Both the position numbers and the translations under genes were made by a program. The notes beneath the pieces were generated by a model. The model ran no database searches and was not told the origin of the DNA. It saw nothing but the letters and a program-made list of their open reading frames with translations. From positions 9,543-73,542 of the forward strand of contig JBDTFR010000054.1 of assembly GCA_039937835.1 (NCBI GenBank): a stretch of 64,000 nucleotides of DNA, written 5' to 3'. Source of the stretch: Bacteroidia bacterium (GTDB lineage: Bacteria > Bacteroidota > Bacteroidia > 2-12-FULL-35-15). Below, one piece after another: positions 9,717-20,537 of this stretch; within the stretch, counting starts at the first letter, position 1; the number at the start of each line of letters is the position of its first letter.

Positions 9717-11825
9717 TTATAAATTGATTACCATAGTACCAGATTCAACTACTGAATAATACGGTTGTTTAATTTTTTTACAATGTTGCTTCCAGTTATT
9801 AATAATATAATCTGAATTTGAAGAATCAAATACAATTAATTTAGGGTCGAAAAGCAATTTTAATCTATCAATTGAAACGGTGCTATTATTTGATAGTATA
9901 AGATAGTCAATTTTTAAAGGGCTACTATTCTTAAAATTGCTTTTTATTTTAAACTCTTTATTTATTAAAACTAATCGTTTATTGTAAAATTGAATACAAT
10001 TATCTTTAATCCATAAACAATCATTAAACACTGTTGAATGAACAATACTATTATTGGTAATACCTAGGCTAGACCAATTTAATTTTAAATTCGAAACGAA
10101 AGTATTTATTTTATATAATGCCAATGTATCTGTAATTAAAACAGTTTTTTTTGAATTTATAAAATCAATTGCGTAAGCTTTAGGGATATTGTATATTATA
10201 ATTTTTTTCTGTTTCTGTGATTGGTAATTGTTAACACTAAAAGAACCTAATAATACAACGAGGCAACTCAAGCTAACTAATAAGTAAGAAGTATGTTTTT
10301 TATTAAGATAAAAAAACAGAAAAATAATTATTCCATACAAAAGAATACTTTCTAGCTGGCTAATATATATGTTATCAATCAATGCATGAGGTAATTTTTC
10401 CACCTGTTTAACATATGTATTTAATAATGTTACTATAGGTTTAAAAAGTATTAATGCATATTTTAATAGTAAAGGATTTCCCGAAACAATAAATAAGACT
10501 ATACCCAAACAAAGCGCTAACGTTGATAAGGGAATAACTAGCAAATTAGCGAGTAAGAAATACACCGGAAATTGATGGAAATAATAAAATGTCAAAGGTA
10601 GTGTAACTAATTGTGCAGCTATTGAAACTGAAGTAATTGCCCATACATAATCTAAGAAGCGATTAGAAATTGTAAGCCATTGATAAATTTTTGGCTGAAT
10701 AGCAACGATACCGATAACGGCTATATATGATAATTGAAACCCAACCTGCATAATTATATAGGGGCTTATTAGCAATAAAAGTAGCGCTGAAGCGGCAAGT
10801 GTGTTATAGATATTGGTATTTCTATTAAACGCTTTAGCTACGATAATAAAACTAAACATTGTAACTGCTCTTAATACTGAGGGTGACAAGCCCGTAATTA
10901 AAGCATAAAGCCAAAGTAAAAATAATAATAACAGCGCTTTTATGATATTTCCATTTTTTATTTTTCCCATAAAAAATAATAGGCCATTTAATATTAAAAA
11001 TATAATACTTACATGTAATCCTGAAACTGCTAATACATGAAGTACACCACTGCTTGAATAGGCTGAAACAATATCACTATCTAACTTATCTGAATTACCC
11101 AATAGTAAGGCTGCACTTACCGATAATTCATCTTTGTTGAAGTCGTTGTTAACCAATATAGATAGTAAATGATGCTGTATATTAATCGAGGTTCGTATTA
11201 AAGAGTATCCACTATTAATTCCAGTATTCAGCCAATCAGCTGATTTCAGGAATGATTGCTTAAAAATTTGCTTATTAGCTAAAAAGTCTCTGTAGTTAAA
11301 TGCGGTAGGTGTTTGAGGTAAAGGGATATTTACAAATTTCGCTTTTAATAATAACTCATCTCCATATTTAAGTTTTAGCGAATTGATATTTTTCTCGATG
11401 TAGACAACTGTTTTTCCACAAGTTGAAATAAATTTTCCAGATTGATTAATCGCTAGTACATCTACAATTATTGAAATTGATTTTTCTTTCTCTTTACCAA
11501 ATTCTTTTATTCTTACAAAAGCATATTCTGCATTATCTGTGAATTTTAAGAAATGATTCGGTTTAAGTCGTTCTGTTCTATCAATTGTTAATTGATATGC
11601 GGCTAAAAAAAAAGTGATGTTTAAAAGTATTCCAAACCTCCACGATTTTTGATACGATCTATTTATTTTAGGAATAAAAACGATACACGAAATGACAGTA
11701 ATTAAAACACAAATAATTATAAAAAAATACTCATTCGGCTTTAAAGGTGTATTGATAGCAAAAAGAATACCTGCTATAAATGGAAATATTAGCCGAATAA
11801 GAGGTGCTTGACTCCATGAATTCAT
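9717..11825 (-). CDS. comEC: ComEC/Rec2 family competence membrane protein (no C-terminal MBL domain)
   Basis: Polytopic membrane protein of about 700 aa with an N-terminal DUF4131-like region and a competence-domain TM core. Confidence 0.7.
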   Translation of the reverse strand: MNSWSQAPLIRLIFPFIAGILFAINTPLKPNEYFFIIICVLITVISCIVFIPKINRSYQKSWRFGILLNITFFLAAYQLTIDRTERLKPNHFLKFTDNAEYAFVRIKEFGKEKEKSISIIVDVLAINQSGKFISTCGKTVVYIEKNINSLKLKYGDELLLKAKFVNIPLPQTPTAFNYRDFLANKQIFKQSFLKSADWLNTGINSGYSLIRTSINIQHHLLSILVNNDFNKDELSVSAALLLGNSDKLDSDIVSAYSSSGVLHVLAVSGLHVSIIFLILNGLLFFMGKIKNGNIIKALLLLFLLWLYALITGLSPSVLRAVTMFSFIIVAKAFNRNTNIYNTLAASALLLLLISPYIIMQVGFQLSYIAVIGIVAIQPKIYQWLTISNRFLDYVWAITSVSIAAQLVTLPLTFYYFHQFPVYFLLANLLVIPLSTLALCLGIVLFIVSGNPLLLKYALILFKPIVTLLNTYVKQVEKLPHALIDNIYISQLESILLYGIIIFLFFYLNKKHTSYLLVSLSCLVVLLGSFSVNNYQSQKQKKIIIYNIPKAYAIDFINSKKTVLITDTLALYKINTFVSNLKLNWSSLGITNNSIVHSTVFNDCLWIKDNCIQFYNKRLVLINKEFKIKSNFKNSSPLKIDYLILSNNSTVSIDRLKLLFDPKLIVFDSSNSDYIINNWKQHCKKIKQPYYSVVESGTMVINL

Positions 11826-11871
11826 AAAGCTGTGATGCGATATTGTTTTAAAAATATTTTTTTAGAATTAA

Positions 11872-12585
11872 TTACTTCCAACGATATTTAAAACTCTCGT
11901 ATTTCCCCTTAATGGCCATTACTAATTCAAACTGAGTTGAATTTTTTATAAATTCTTCACTTAAATTACAATAAATAATAAATGCATCAAACTCCTCCTC
12001 CGATAAATTCATTATATCATATTTAATGTATATTCTAAATAAATCTTTTAAAATATTACGTTTCAAGTCTTCATTTTCCCATAACGCTACCTTCTGTTTT
12101 GATCTTCCAAATTTACTAAAACGTTCATAAAGATAGGTAATAGGGCTTTCGAATTTATTTATATCTTGAAAGGTTCTATAGCTTCTTAATGAATCTAACG
12201 AAGATATGTCTTTATCAATTTCTTTTAGTGTTCTTGGAGCAAACACGCTGACTTCTTTAAGTTTAAAATAAAGACGTTCTAAAGGAATATTAATGTAATA
12301 TTTTTCTTTAATAATTGAATCCTTTAAATAAATTTGTTTGATCATAAAGCCAACAGCAGAAAATACAAGTGTATCAGTAGGTTTAGCATAAATGGTAAAC
12401 TTACTTTCAGAATCAGCAAATACACCCCTACTGGTATTTTTATTTATAACCATTAACTTTGGTAAAGGTAATTTACTTTCTAAATCATATGCTTGACCAG
12501 ATATAACAATTAACTTTTGAGCACTAATATTAATTGCAATAAAAATGCAGGCAACGGTAACTATTATTTTATTTTTAAAATTCAA
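11872..12585 (-). CDS. hypothetical secreted protein with CarboxypepD_reg-like domain
   Basis: Signal peptide. 'KLIVISGQAYDLESKLPLPKLMVINKNTSRGVF' resembles the carboxypeptidase-regulatory-like fold. Confidence 0.4.
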   Translation of the reverse strand: MNFKNKIIVTVACIFIAINISAQKLIVISGQAYDLESKLPLPKLMVINKNTSRGVFADSESKFTIYAKPTDTLVFSAVGFMIKQIYLKDSIIKEKYYINIPLERLYFKLKEVSVFAPRTLKEIDKDISSLDSLRSYRTFQDINKFESPITYLYERFSKFGRSKQKVALWENEDLKRNILKDLFRIYIKYDIMNLSEEEFDAFIIYCNLSEEFIKNSTQFELVMAIKGKYESFKYRWK

Positions 12586-12597
12586 TTCGGTTTATTT

Positions 12598-13260
12598 TTA
12601 AGTAGCCTTGGTTTCGTTTTTATCGCTTTTGATTTTTCTCTTTATTAACATTGCTTTTGACTCCTCATTACGCAATAATCGTTCTATATTTTTTTGATGG
12701 GTAATTAATACCATAATAGCAATTAATAAAGAAAAAATGATTAACGAAGGTACAGTGGTTTTAAACACTAAAATTACAATAATAGGAAAAGTAATACCAG
12801 CAACTATTGAACTTAATGAAACGTAGTTGGAGACCAACAATACAAACAAAAATATACCTATTGAAAAAAGAGCTGCATAAAAATGCACTGCTAATATAAT
12901 ACCCAGCAAGGTTGCTATTCCTTTACCTCCTCTAAAAGAAGCAAAAATTGGGAATATATGTCCTAATAAAGCTGCAATACCTAATACTAATTGCAAATTA
13001 ATAAACTGGTTGGAATTGGGGATATAATTACTTAGATGAGCGATATTAACAGCACAGAACCCTTTTAAAATATCCATTAATAAAACGGGAATGCCTGCGC
13101 TTTTTCCTAATACTCTAAATGTATTAGTAGCGCCTGCATTGCCACTTCCATACTCCCTAACATCGGTTTTATAGAATCGTTTGCCTATCCATACAGATGA
13201 CGGTATGGAGCCTAATAAATAGGCTCCTAAAAGAAAGAGTATGTTAGTTATATTTATCAC
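12598..13260 (-). CDS. plsY: glycerol-3-phosphate acyltransferase PlsY
   Basis: 'YGSGNAGATN' signature and a 5-6 TM profile. Confidence 0.85.
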   Translation of the reverse strand: MINITNILFLLGAYLLGSIPSSVWIGKRFYKTDVREYGSGNAGATNTFRVLGKSAGIPVLLMDILKGFCAVNIAHLSNYIPNSNQFINLQLVLGIAALLGHIFPIFASFRGGKGIATLLGIILAVHFYAALFSIGIFLFVLLVSNYVSLSSIVAGITFPIIVILVFKTTVPSLIIFSLLIAIMVLITHQKNIERLLRNEESKAMLIKRKIKSDKNETKAT

Positions 13261-16200
13261 TACTCTTCAACAGCTTGTGATTTACGTAGGAACTGTGTTT
13301 TTTTACTTGGAGGACAAATATTATAATAATAATTAGGTTCGTTCTTATCCTTATCTCCAGCTTTTTCGCGCTTATCTGATTTTAATTCTTTAAGTATGGT
13401 ATTATATGCTTCGTTTGAAGAAACTGATAACATAGTACCACGTGTATAATTAAAATAATACCAGTTGTTCGCATCAATTTCTAAATAAATATTTAATATA
13501 TCCCCACCCCTTTTCTTAGATAATTCTATCTTTCCATCTACATATTTATTTATTTGTGTTTTGTCAATATTTCCGATACCAATTTTACCTATGGATGAAT
13601 AAGAACGTGTGTCTTTGTTCCATTTCATTTTTACATCCGTAAAAAAGAATGTTTTCCTTAACTCATCTGGCAGCTTTTTATATGAGCCGTATAAATTTAA
13701 TTGTGAAATTAATTTATCTGCTTGCTCCTTACCGAGAAGTTCACGCATTCCTTTTTCAAAAGTAGGTTTTGAGAAATCGGTTGGCTTAAGCTCTGCAGTA
13801 CTTGATATTTGTTCTGCCATTTTTTCAATTGCTTTATCCGCAAAAAAGAAATCAACAGACATTAACAATTCAAACTTAGCTGAATCAGTAACAAGGTTAT
13901 GAGTGGCATTTCCAACCGATTGAATTTTAAGTTGCCCTAAATCTCCTCCTAAATTTATTTTCCCTTCGCCATATACTTTACAATCAGTGGTACTTAAACT
14001 TAAATAATTACCTGGTAATGATTTTTCAATTAACTTTTCTTTGTTTGAAATACGATACTCTTTGCTCGCTTTATCATAAAATAAAAAACCATCAGCTGGT
14101 AATACTTCTGCATCATTGTTTGTAGATTGTCTAGGGGAAAGAAATGCTGTGTAAAAATGGGTAGAATCAGTAGTAACCATTAATGAAGCTGCAATTGCCT
14201 TCCCTGCTTGATCTACAGGATTTTTACTAATAGGAATATATATTTCAGCTGGATTTACCTCTGCATCAAACTTTAGCCATGAATTAGGTATTTTACATTT
14301 ATGAGTAATTCGAATTGCCCCATCATACACCAAATATTGGTTATTTGCTTTTAACTTAACCTCTCCTTTATATTCGAAATAAGGGCTTAAACGAAATTTT
14401 GAAGTATCAGAAATAGTCGTAACAGCATAAGTTTGATAAGTAGTATCTACACTTATGTTACTAAAATAAAATGTTTGTTTTGTTTTAAGCTCGTCTTCAT
14501 AATCATAAAACCCAGAACCTGTATAATGTTTACGGGCTGTTATATTTACTGTACAATTATATAAATTATGATATTTAGTTACGGCATTTGCTACAATTTT
14601 AGCATTTGTTAATGGCCGCATTAAAGCATCTTTTTCAATTGTTACATCACCTTTATCTGGAAATATACGAGCATCGGCAACATTTATATATTTAACTTCT
14701 TTGGCAGAAATTATATAGTTTTTTAAATCATATTTTGCTACCGGTGATTTAAATCTTAAAGAATCTTGCTTGGGATGGACAGAAATAAATTCAGGCCCTT
14801 CTAAATCTAAGTCATTATTTGCAACCTTTTCACCTTTTTTATCCGACCCTAATTCAATTTCGCCTTTTTCCATAAACCATTTAAATTTATCCATATAACA
14901 GATATATTGGTTAACAGGAAATTTAACAATGGAGCCTTTACCATTGGATTTAAATTCTCCAACGCGTTCTTTAAAATCGATATGTGCTTTTACATTATCC
15001 GTAGCAAAGGCGAGCGTTGCAATATCTGTAGCTTTTAAATTAAAGTTAGCAGTATCTGCATCAAATGTGCTCGATTTAAATTTAATCCATTTCGAATCTA
15101 ACCTTGCATTCGAAAAATGCGATGCCCCTTCACCATAAAGTTGTTTAGGCGTTAAAGATAAACGTCCATCAAATTGTGCCTTAGTATCATATTGTGCAAA
15201 TCTTTTATCTTTTGCATTCCATGCACTTAAGTTATCTTTTAACGGCATCCAATGAATTTTAACACTATCTCCGTGTGTTTGCGGAAATTCTGGAGGAGTT
15301 TTTTGTTCTTTTATATCAAAAGACTGTGCAAGGGCATTTGTTGAATCAGGAAAAAATATAAAATCGTTTGATTTTATTTCCGAGGTAATATATTTTAAGG
15401 TACCATCTCCTCTAAAACCTTTATTACTTAACTTAATTGCATTTGTAAAACTACCTTTATCCCCATACATGGCCATACCTCCTGGAGGTGTTTTACTAAT
15501 AAAACCGAGAGAATAATCTTCTTGTATAGTAAGTGATTCTTTAAATGTTGGAAATATTCCTGCAGATACGATTGAACCTTTAAAATTTAAACCTTCATTA
15601 GAAGTGTTATCCAAACTATCAATTGTAAATGGTTCGATGTGAAAGTAAAAGTTATCCTTCGGGTACTTACCATTTTGTATTGATTTTTTATTGTAATAAG
15701 CATAAGAATCTTTTAAACTATTAAAAATTGGATAACTAGGAAAGGGCTTACGACCCGATTTATTTGCAGGATTATCAATCTCTAAATTACCATTTATTTT
15801 TTCTATAACTGTTTTAACTTTCACTAGTGGATAGTTCCCATAAGGATCTGCTTCACGAGACTTTGCCATCATTCGTAAAGAATCAACATTCTTTAAATCG
15901 ATGTTAAATTTATCGTAATTAAATGCAAATTCCTTCCCAAAAAAATCAAATCTTCCAGCGTGTACCACTCCTTCAAAAGTAAAATCTCGGTTTCTTTTTA
16001 ATATAAGTTTTTGTTCATTAGGGTAAACAACCACATTTTGAGAATCACTCATGGCAACTTGTTTTACTCCAAAAATGGTCATATCGTAATTAAGTAAATT
16101 GATGCTCGCATTATTTCCACCTCTTATTACTGAGGGAAACTGTATAACATCATAATCAACATGGCCAGCACGAGCTGCTATGTATGTAATTAATTTATCT

Positions 16201-17732
16201 TTAACCTGCACTTCATCATTTTCTACATCATAAGAAATAAAACCCAATGCAGATAATCTAATAAGATCTGGAGCCATATCTTTTAAAGCAAACTTCGCAT
16301 ATTTTGCATAATCAGCGCCCGAAAAAATTCGCTTATCTCCATTTTTTTTTGCAAAATCACGAATACGAATTAAAGGATTCATTTGATCAATACCTTGTAC
16401 ACGATCATATCTTTCTGTACGAAAATAATTAGATGATTCAAAAAGAGCGTCCTCTTGTGAGTTGCCTGCTAACATTTTTAAATCAATTTTAGGCTCATCT
16501 ATTTTCCAAAGAAGTTCCTCAAAATACATGTCAACATCATGAAAAGTATTTAAATAGGGTGACTTTGAAATACCATCATTAGTGCGAATAAGTGTTAACG
16601 ATCTATCTCCTATCATAAATTTCATATTCACACTTGGGTGTGTTATCGAATCCTTATCAAAATAAAATTTTATATTGGCTGTTTCAGCTGTTAATTTTTC
16701 TTTTGTTATACCTATTGTTTTTGAACCTATAATTAAAAAGGGCTTGCTATCTTTATTAAATATTAATCTAGCATCCTCCTGTGCACTTCCTGAGCCAATA
16801 AATTTTGCTCCGCGTTGCGTAAATCCTCCATCATAATCTACATTTTTAGCAATGTTGGGTATTTTCATTCGTTTGCTATAGGACTCAAAACGAGGATAAG
16901 ATATAAAATTTCCTTTTTCAGAAATAACTTTTTCAGTCAACACACCTAGAAGCGGCTTTTCAAAATAATTTTTGTTATAAAAGGTGACCGAATCAGCCGT
17001 AAAGCCGCTCGTTTTAAGTGTTATTTGATATTTTTTTAATTCTGCCCATACTGCATTTTTTTCAATACCTGCTCTAGACCAATCTACTTTTCCTCCTTCA
17101 CCAATGAATATACCTTTATCAGGATAAAAGACTCCACTTGTATTATATACAATACCGCTATCATTTTGATTATTATAACAACGCAAATCTAATTTTGAAA
17201 AAATTACTTTTGGTACACTGTCATACTCAAAAATGTATTTATCATTGTTTGAACTATAACTTACTACTGCCGATTTATAAAAAGTGTTCGTAGCAAATAA
17301 ATTTTGACTCATTTCTAAATAATCAGAATAATGTCTTATTCCTTTTCCATTTAATATTTTTTCAACACATTCTTGCCAGGTTAAAAAATTGTCCTCATCA
17401 TGTCTGCTATTAATAAAATTCTTTACTGAAGATAAATAATCAGAGTATTCAGGCAGAATACGTAATTTCTTCTTCACCATTAAATTAAAGGCTTTGTAAG
17501 TAGCTTTTTTTAGATTGGTGGTGTATTTTGGTGAATTCCAAGCTATGGTAAATTCTTCCATAAAAACTTTCAAATCTTTCTTATCCATGTTTGTTACTTC
17601 AAACATTGTTTTTACTTCTTCTAAAAACTTTATAGGATCTTCAGTAAACTGTTTAATAGGATTTATTTGTGCAATTAAAGGGTGTGCAATTGAAAACACT
17701 GTAAAAATGAGGATGATTTGTAATTTTTTCAT
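13260..17732 (-). CDS. very large (1490 aa) secreted, beta-rich protein; possibly a TamB/AsmA-like envelope assembly protein
   Basis: Signal peptide, Tyr/Asn/Gly-rich with no repeats. Its stop overlaps the plsY start, and its start lies 6 bp from the prmA stop, so it is embedded in the tpiA-prmA-X-plsY operon. Confidence 0.45.
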   Translation of the reverse strand: MKKLQIILIFTVFSIAHPLIAQINPIKQFTEDPIKFLEEVKTMFEVTNMDKKDLKVFMEEFTIAWNSPKYTTNLKKATYKAFNLMVKKKLRILPEYSDYLSSVKNFINSRHDEDNFLTWQECVEKILNGKGIRHYSDYLEMSQNLFATNTFYKSAVVSYSSNNDKYIFEYDSVPKVIFSKLDLRCYNNQNDSGIVYNTSGVFYPDKGIFIGEGGKVDWSRAGIEKNAVWAELKKYQITLKTSGFTADSVTFYNKNYFEKPLLGVLTEKVISEKGNFISYPRFESYSKRMKIPNIAKNVDYDGGFTQRGAKFIGSGSAQEDARLIFNKDSKPFLIIGSKTIGITKEKLTAETANIKFYFDKDSITHPSVNMKFMIGDRSLTLIRTNDGISKSPYLNTFHDVDMYFEELLWKIDEPKIDLKMLAGNSQEDALFESSNYFRTERYDRVQGIDQMNPLIRIRDFAKKNGDKRIFSGADYAKYAKFALKDMAPDLIRLSALGFISYDVENDEVQVKDKLITYIAARAGHVDYDVIQFPSVIRGGNNASINLLNYDMTIFGVKQVAMSDSQNVVVYPNEQKLILKRNRDFTFEGVVHAGRFDFFGKEFAFNYDKFNIDLKNVDSLRMMAKSREADPYGNYPLVKVKTVIEKINGNLEIDNPANKSGRKPFPSYPIFNSLKDSYAYYNKKSIQNGKYPKDNFYFHIEPFTIDSLDNTSNEGLNFKGSIVSAGIFPTFKESLTIQEDYSLGFISKTPPGGMAMYGDKGSFTNAIKLSNKGFRGDGTLKYITSEIKSNDFIFFPDSTNALAQSFDIKEQKTPPEFPQTHGDSVKIHWMPLKDNLSAWNAKDKRFAQYDTKAQFDGRLSLTPKQLYGEGASHFSNARLDSKWIKFKSSTFDADTANFNLKATDIATLAFATDNVKAHIDFKERVGEFKSNGKGSIVKFPVNQYICYMDKFKWFMEKGEIELGSDKKGEKVANNDLDLEGPEFISVHPKQDSLRFKSPVAKYDLKNYIISAKEVKYINVADARIFPDKGDVTIEKDALMRPLTNAKIVANAVTKYHNLYNCTVNITARKHYTGSGFYDYEDELKTKQTFYFSNISVDTTYQTYAVTTISDTSKFRLSPYFEYKGEVKLKANNQYLVYDGAIRITHKCKIPNSWLKFDAEVNPAEIYIPISKNPVDQAGKAIAASLMVTTDSTHFYTAFLSPRQSTNNDAEVLPADGFLFYDKASKEYRISNKEKLIEKSLPGNYLSLSTTDCKVYGEGKINLGGDLGQLKIQSVGNATHNLVTDSAKFELLMSVDFFFADKAIEKMAEQISSTAELKPTDFSKPTFEKGMRELLGKEQADKLISQLNLYGSYKKLPDELRKTFFFTDVKMKWNKDTRSYSSIGKIGIGNIDKTQINKYVDGKIELSKKRGGDILNIYLEIDANNWYYFNYTRGTMLSVSSNEAYNTILKELKSDKREKAGDKDKNEPNYYYNICPPSKKTQFLRKSQAVEE

Positions 17733-17738
17733 GTTTAA

Positions 17739-18569
17739 TTAATTAGTGAAATGTAATACTGTCCATTGTTCTTGTACTGTTTTATCTACGAATGTAAGGC
17801 CCAATTCTATAGCCTTATTTTTAAGTTCATTTATATCTGTTTCAAAAAAGCCACTAATTATTAAATTACCCGATTTTTCTAGTGAAGTCGTATACTTTTT
17901 AAAATCGGCTAATAAAATATTTTTATTGATGTTTGCTAAAATGGTATGAAATAATTTATCACTTATTAGTTGCGCATCTCCCTTATAAACACAAACATTT
18001 TTAATGTTGTTTTTTTGTAAATTTTCATTTGTATTTTCATAACTCCACTGATCTATATCTATTGCTGTAATAGTACCAGCACCTTTCATTGATGCCATTA
18101 TCGCTAATACACCTGTACCACAACCCATATCTAATATAGTTTTATTTTCTATATCTAATTGCATTAATTTTTTAATCATTAATTGGGTCGTATGGTGATG
18201 ACCTGTACCAAAAGACATTTTAGGTTCAATGATAATATTGTATTTGAAACCCTCTTTTTCGTCATGAAAAGGGGCTCTTATGTAACAAATTCCATCTATA
18301 TCAATGGGCTTAAAATTATTTTCCCATTCTTTATTCCAATTTTGTTTAGGAATTAAAGTAGTGGTATGTTTTATTTTAAAGAAATCGGTGTAAAATGAAA
18401 AAGTAAGATTTAATTGGCGCTCATTATAATCTTTCGCCTGTATATAGGCATTAAAACCTAAATCCGTTTCTAAAAAACTTTCAAACTGAAGTTCAGCTAA
18501 TTGAGCTATTAACACGTCACTCCCCTGCTCTTTAGGTTCTACAATAACTGATAATTCTATATAATCCAT
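17739..18569 (-). CDS. prmA: ribosomal protein L11 methyltransferase PrmA
   Basis: 'ILDMGCGTGVLAI' SAM-binding motif and PrmA-like length. Confidence 0.85.
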   Translation of the reverse strand: MDYIELSVIVEPKEQGSDVLIAQLAELQFESFLETDLGFNAYIQAKDYNERQLNLTFSFYTDFFKIKHTTTLIPKQNWNKEWENNFKPIDIDGICYIRAPFHDEKEGFKYNIIIEPKMSFGTGHHHTTQLMIKKLMQLDIENKTILDMGCGTGVLAIMASMKGAGTITAIDIDQWSYENTNENLQKNNIKNVCVYKGDAQLISDKLFHTILANINKNILLADFKKYTTSLEKSGNLIISGFFETDINELKNKAIELGLTFVDKTVQEQWTVLHFTN

Positions 18570-18600
18570 AAAATCATATTACGAAATAGTGTTTTTATTA

Positions 18601-19359
18601 TTAAAATGAATTGATAATTATATTAAATTCAGTTGCCTTTAAGGAGGCACCGCCTATTAAGCCACCATCTACATCTAAACAAGCAAATATTTCTTTCGCA
18701 TTATTTGCATTACAACTCCCTCCATAAAGAATAGAGGTCTGTTCAGAAATTTCTTTTCCATATTTTTTTGAAATTTCTGTACGAATAAAGTGGTGCATAC
18801 CCTGAGCTTGGTGACTCGTTGCTGTCATGCCTGTTCCTATCGCCCAAACTGGTTCATAAGCAATTATGAGTTTCGAAAATTCTTTTGGGGAAAGATGAAA
18901 CAATGATTCTTTTAATTGTTTTTTTACAGTTTCCAAATGTTTATTAGCGTTACGCTCCTCCAAACTTTCGCCGATACAAAAAATGGGTATAAGGTTTACT
19001 GATAGCGCACTATCAACCTTCTGCGAGAGAATGCAATCTGTTTCATTAAAATATAATCTCCGTTCTGAATGGCCAATAATTACGTGAGTTGCTCCCACAG
19101 AAGAAATCATTTCGGCGGAAACTTCTCCCGTATATGCTCCGCTGGGCAACTGATGGCAATTTTGTGCCGCTAGAAAATAATTTTTTTTCTCTTTTAATTT
19201 TTCCGACGCTTTAGACAAATGAATAAATGGAGGTGCTATAATTTTTATTACATCAGGGTTTATGTCATTTTCTTCCCTTAATAACTCATCTATTAATTGT
19301 AATCCTTCCTGCAATGTTTTATTCATTTTCCAATTGCCAGCAACTATTTTTTTTCTCAT
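18601..19359 (-). CDS. tpiA: triosephosphate isomerase
   Basis: 'AGNWKMN', '[11 protein letters not shown]', 'GGASLK' signatures. Confidence 0.9.
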   Translation of the reverse strand: MRKKIVAGNWKMNKTLQEGLQLIDELLREENDINPDVIKIIAPPFIHLSKASEKLKEKKNYFLAAQNCHQLPSGAYTGEVSAEMISSVGATHVIIGHSERRLYFNETDCILSQKVDSALSVNLIPIFCIGESLEERNANKHLETVKKQLKESLFHLSPKEFSKLIIAYEPVWAIGTGMTATSHQAQGMHHFIRTEISKKYGKEISEQTSILYGGSCNANNAKEIFACLDVDGGLIGGASLKATEFNIIINSF

Positions 19360-19460
19360 TATGATTCTAAATCAGGTATTAAATTAAATATTGTTTAATC
19401 TAGTATTTGTTTTCAAAAACATTTTAATTATTCTAAATCGTATTGACGTAACATTGTATT

Positions 19461-20534
19461 TTAATCAACCCTAACACGGGGATCTAAAATACCGTATATA
19501 ATATCCACAAAAATGTTTATAACTACAAATATAATTGCAAAAACCAATGTTGCCCCCATTACAACAGGTAAATCGTTTTTATTTAAAGCATCTACCACTT
19601 CATACCCAATTCCTTTCCAATTAAATACAATTTCTACAAAAACAGCGCCCGCCATTAATCCAGCAAACCATCCAGAAACAGCTGTTACAACAGGGTTTAA
19701 AGCGTTTTTTAATCCATGTTTAAAAACCACATTGTAAAAACTTAAGCCTTTTGCTGTTGCTGTTCTAATATAATCTTGTGTAAGTACTTCTAATAATGAA
19801 TTTCGAGTAAGCTGAATAATAATTGCCAATGGACGCAAACCCAATGTAAGAGCTGGTAAAATAAGGTTTTTTAATATTAGTTGTTTTTCACCAAAATCGT
19901 CAATTGCAAATAAGGTTCCTACATTAGACAAACCTGTATAATCTCGCCATACATACCCAAATAGCCAAGCTAGCAGTAAACCTACAAAAAAAGATGGTAG
20001 TGCCATTCCAAATATGGCAAAAACCAATGAGCTTTTATCAAACCAGGTATTTTTTTTAATTGCCGTAAACACGCCTATCAATATTCCGAAAAAAGTACCA
20101 AAAAGAATGGCTGTAAGTGCAAGTATTGCTGTTTCAGGAAGTGTTTCAATAATTATATCAGACACTTTTCTTTTGCTAATGTATGACCTTCGCAAATAAG
20201 GGTACTTTAATACAATTGCTTTTGACCCTAAAGAAAACAGTTGCGTAAACGTATATTTTTGTTTATTCAAAAATAAAAAATGATTTTGATTATTTAACTC
20301 ATGGATAGATAAAGGAGATAAATCATTCAAATACATTAAAAACTGTGTGGCTAATGGCTTATTACGACCTAAATCTTTATTAATTATATCTATAGACGCC
20401 TGATCGGCTCGTTGACCAAGCATCATACGGGCAGGATCACCAGGAAGCACATTAAATAATAAGAACACCAGAGTAATTACCCCCATTAATACAATAAAGC
20501 CATACATTAATCGCTTTGCTATAAAATTACCCAC
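19461..20534 (-). CDS. ABC transporter permease (peptide/nickel Dpp/Opp-type)
   Basis: Six TM segments with an EAA-like loop ('ATAKGLS...'). Confidence 0.7.
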   Translation of the reverse strand: MGNFIAKRLMYGFIVLMGVITLVFLLFNVLPGDPARMMLGQRADQASIDIINKDLGRNKPLATQFLMYLNDLSPLSIHELNNQNHFLFLNKQKYTFTQLFSLGSKAIVLKYPYLRRSYISKRKVSDIIIETLPETAILALTAILFGTFFGILIGVFTAIKKNTWFDKSSLVFAIFGMALPSFFVGLLLAWLFGYVWRDYTGLSNVGTLFAIDDFGEKQLILKNLILPALTLGLRPLAIIIQLTRNSLLEVLTQDYIRTATAKGLSFYNVVFKHGLKNALNPVVTAVSGWFAGLMAGAVFVEIVFNWKGIGYEVVDALNKNDLPVVMGATLVFAIIFVVINIFVDIIYGILDPRVRVD

Positions 20535-20537
20535 CGA

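Noticed and set aside
13609-15138. Antisense ORFs inside the 1490-aa gene (and similar ones at 19513, 20014, 21244, 22918, 25526, 26952, 27022, 32385, 32838, 33411, 48685, 51477, 59078, 61265, etc.)
   Set aside because: They are short, fully embedded in well-supported longer genes on the other strand or frame, and have no motifs.
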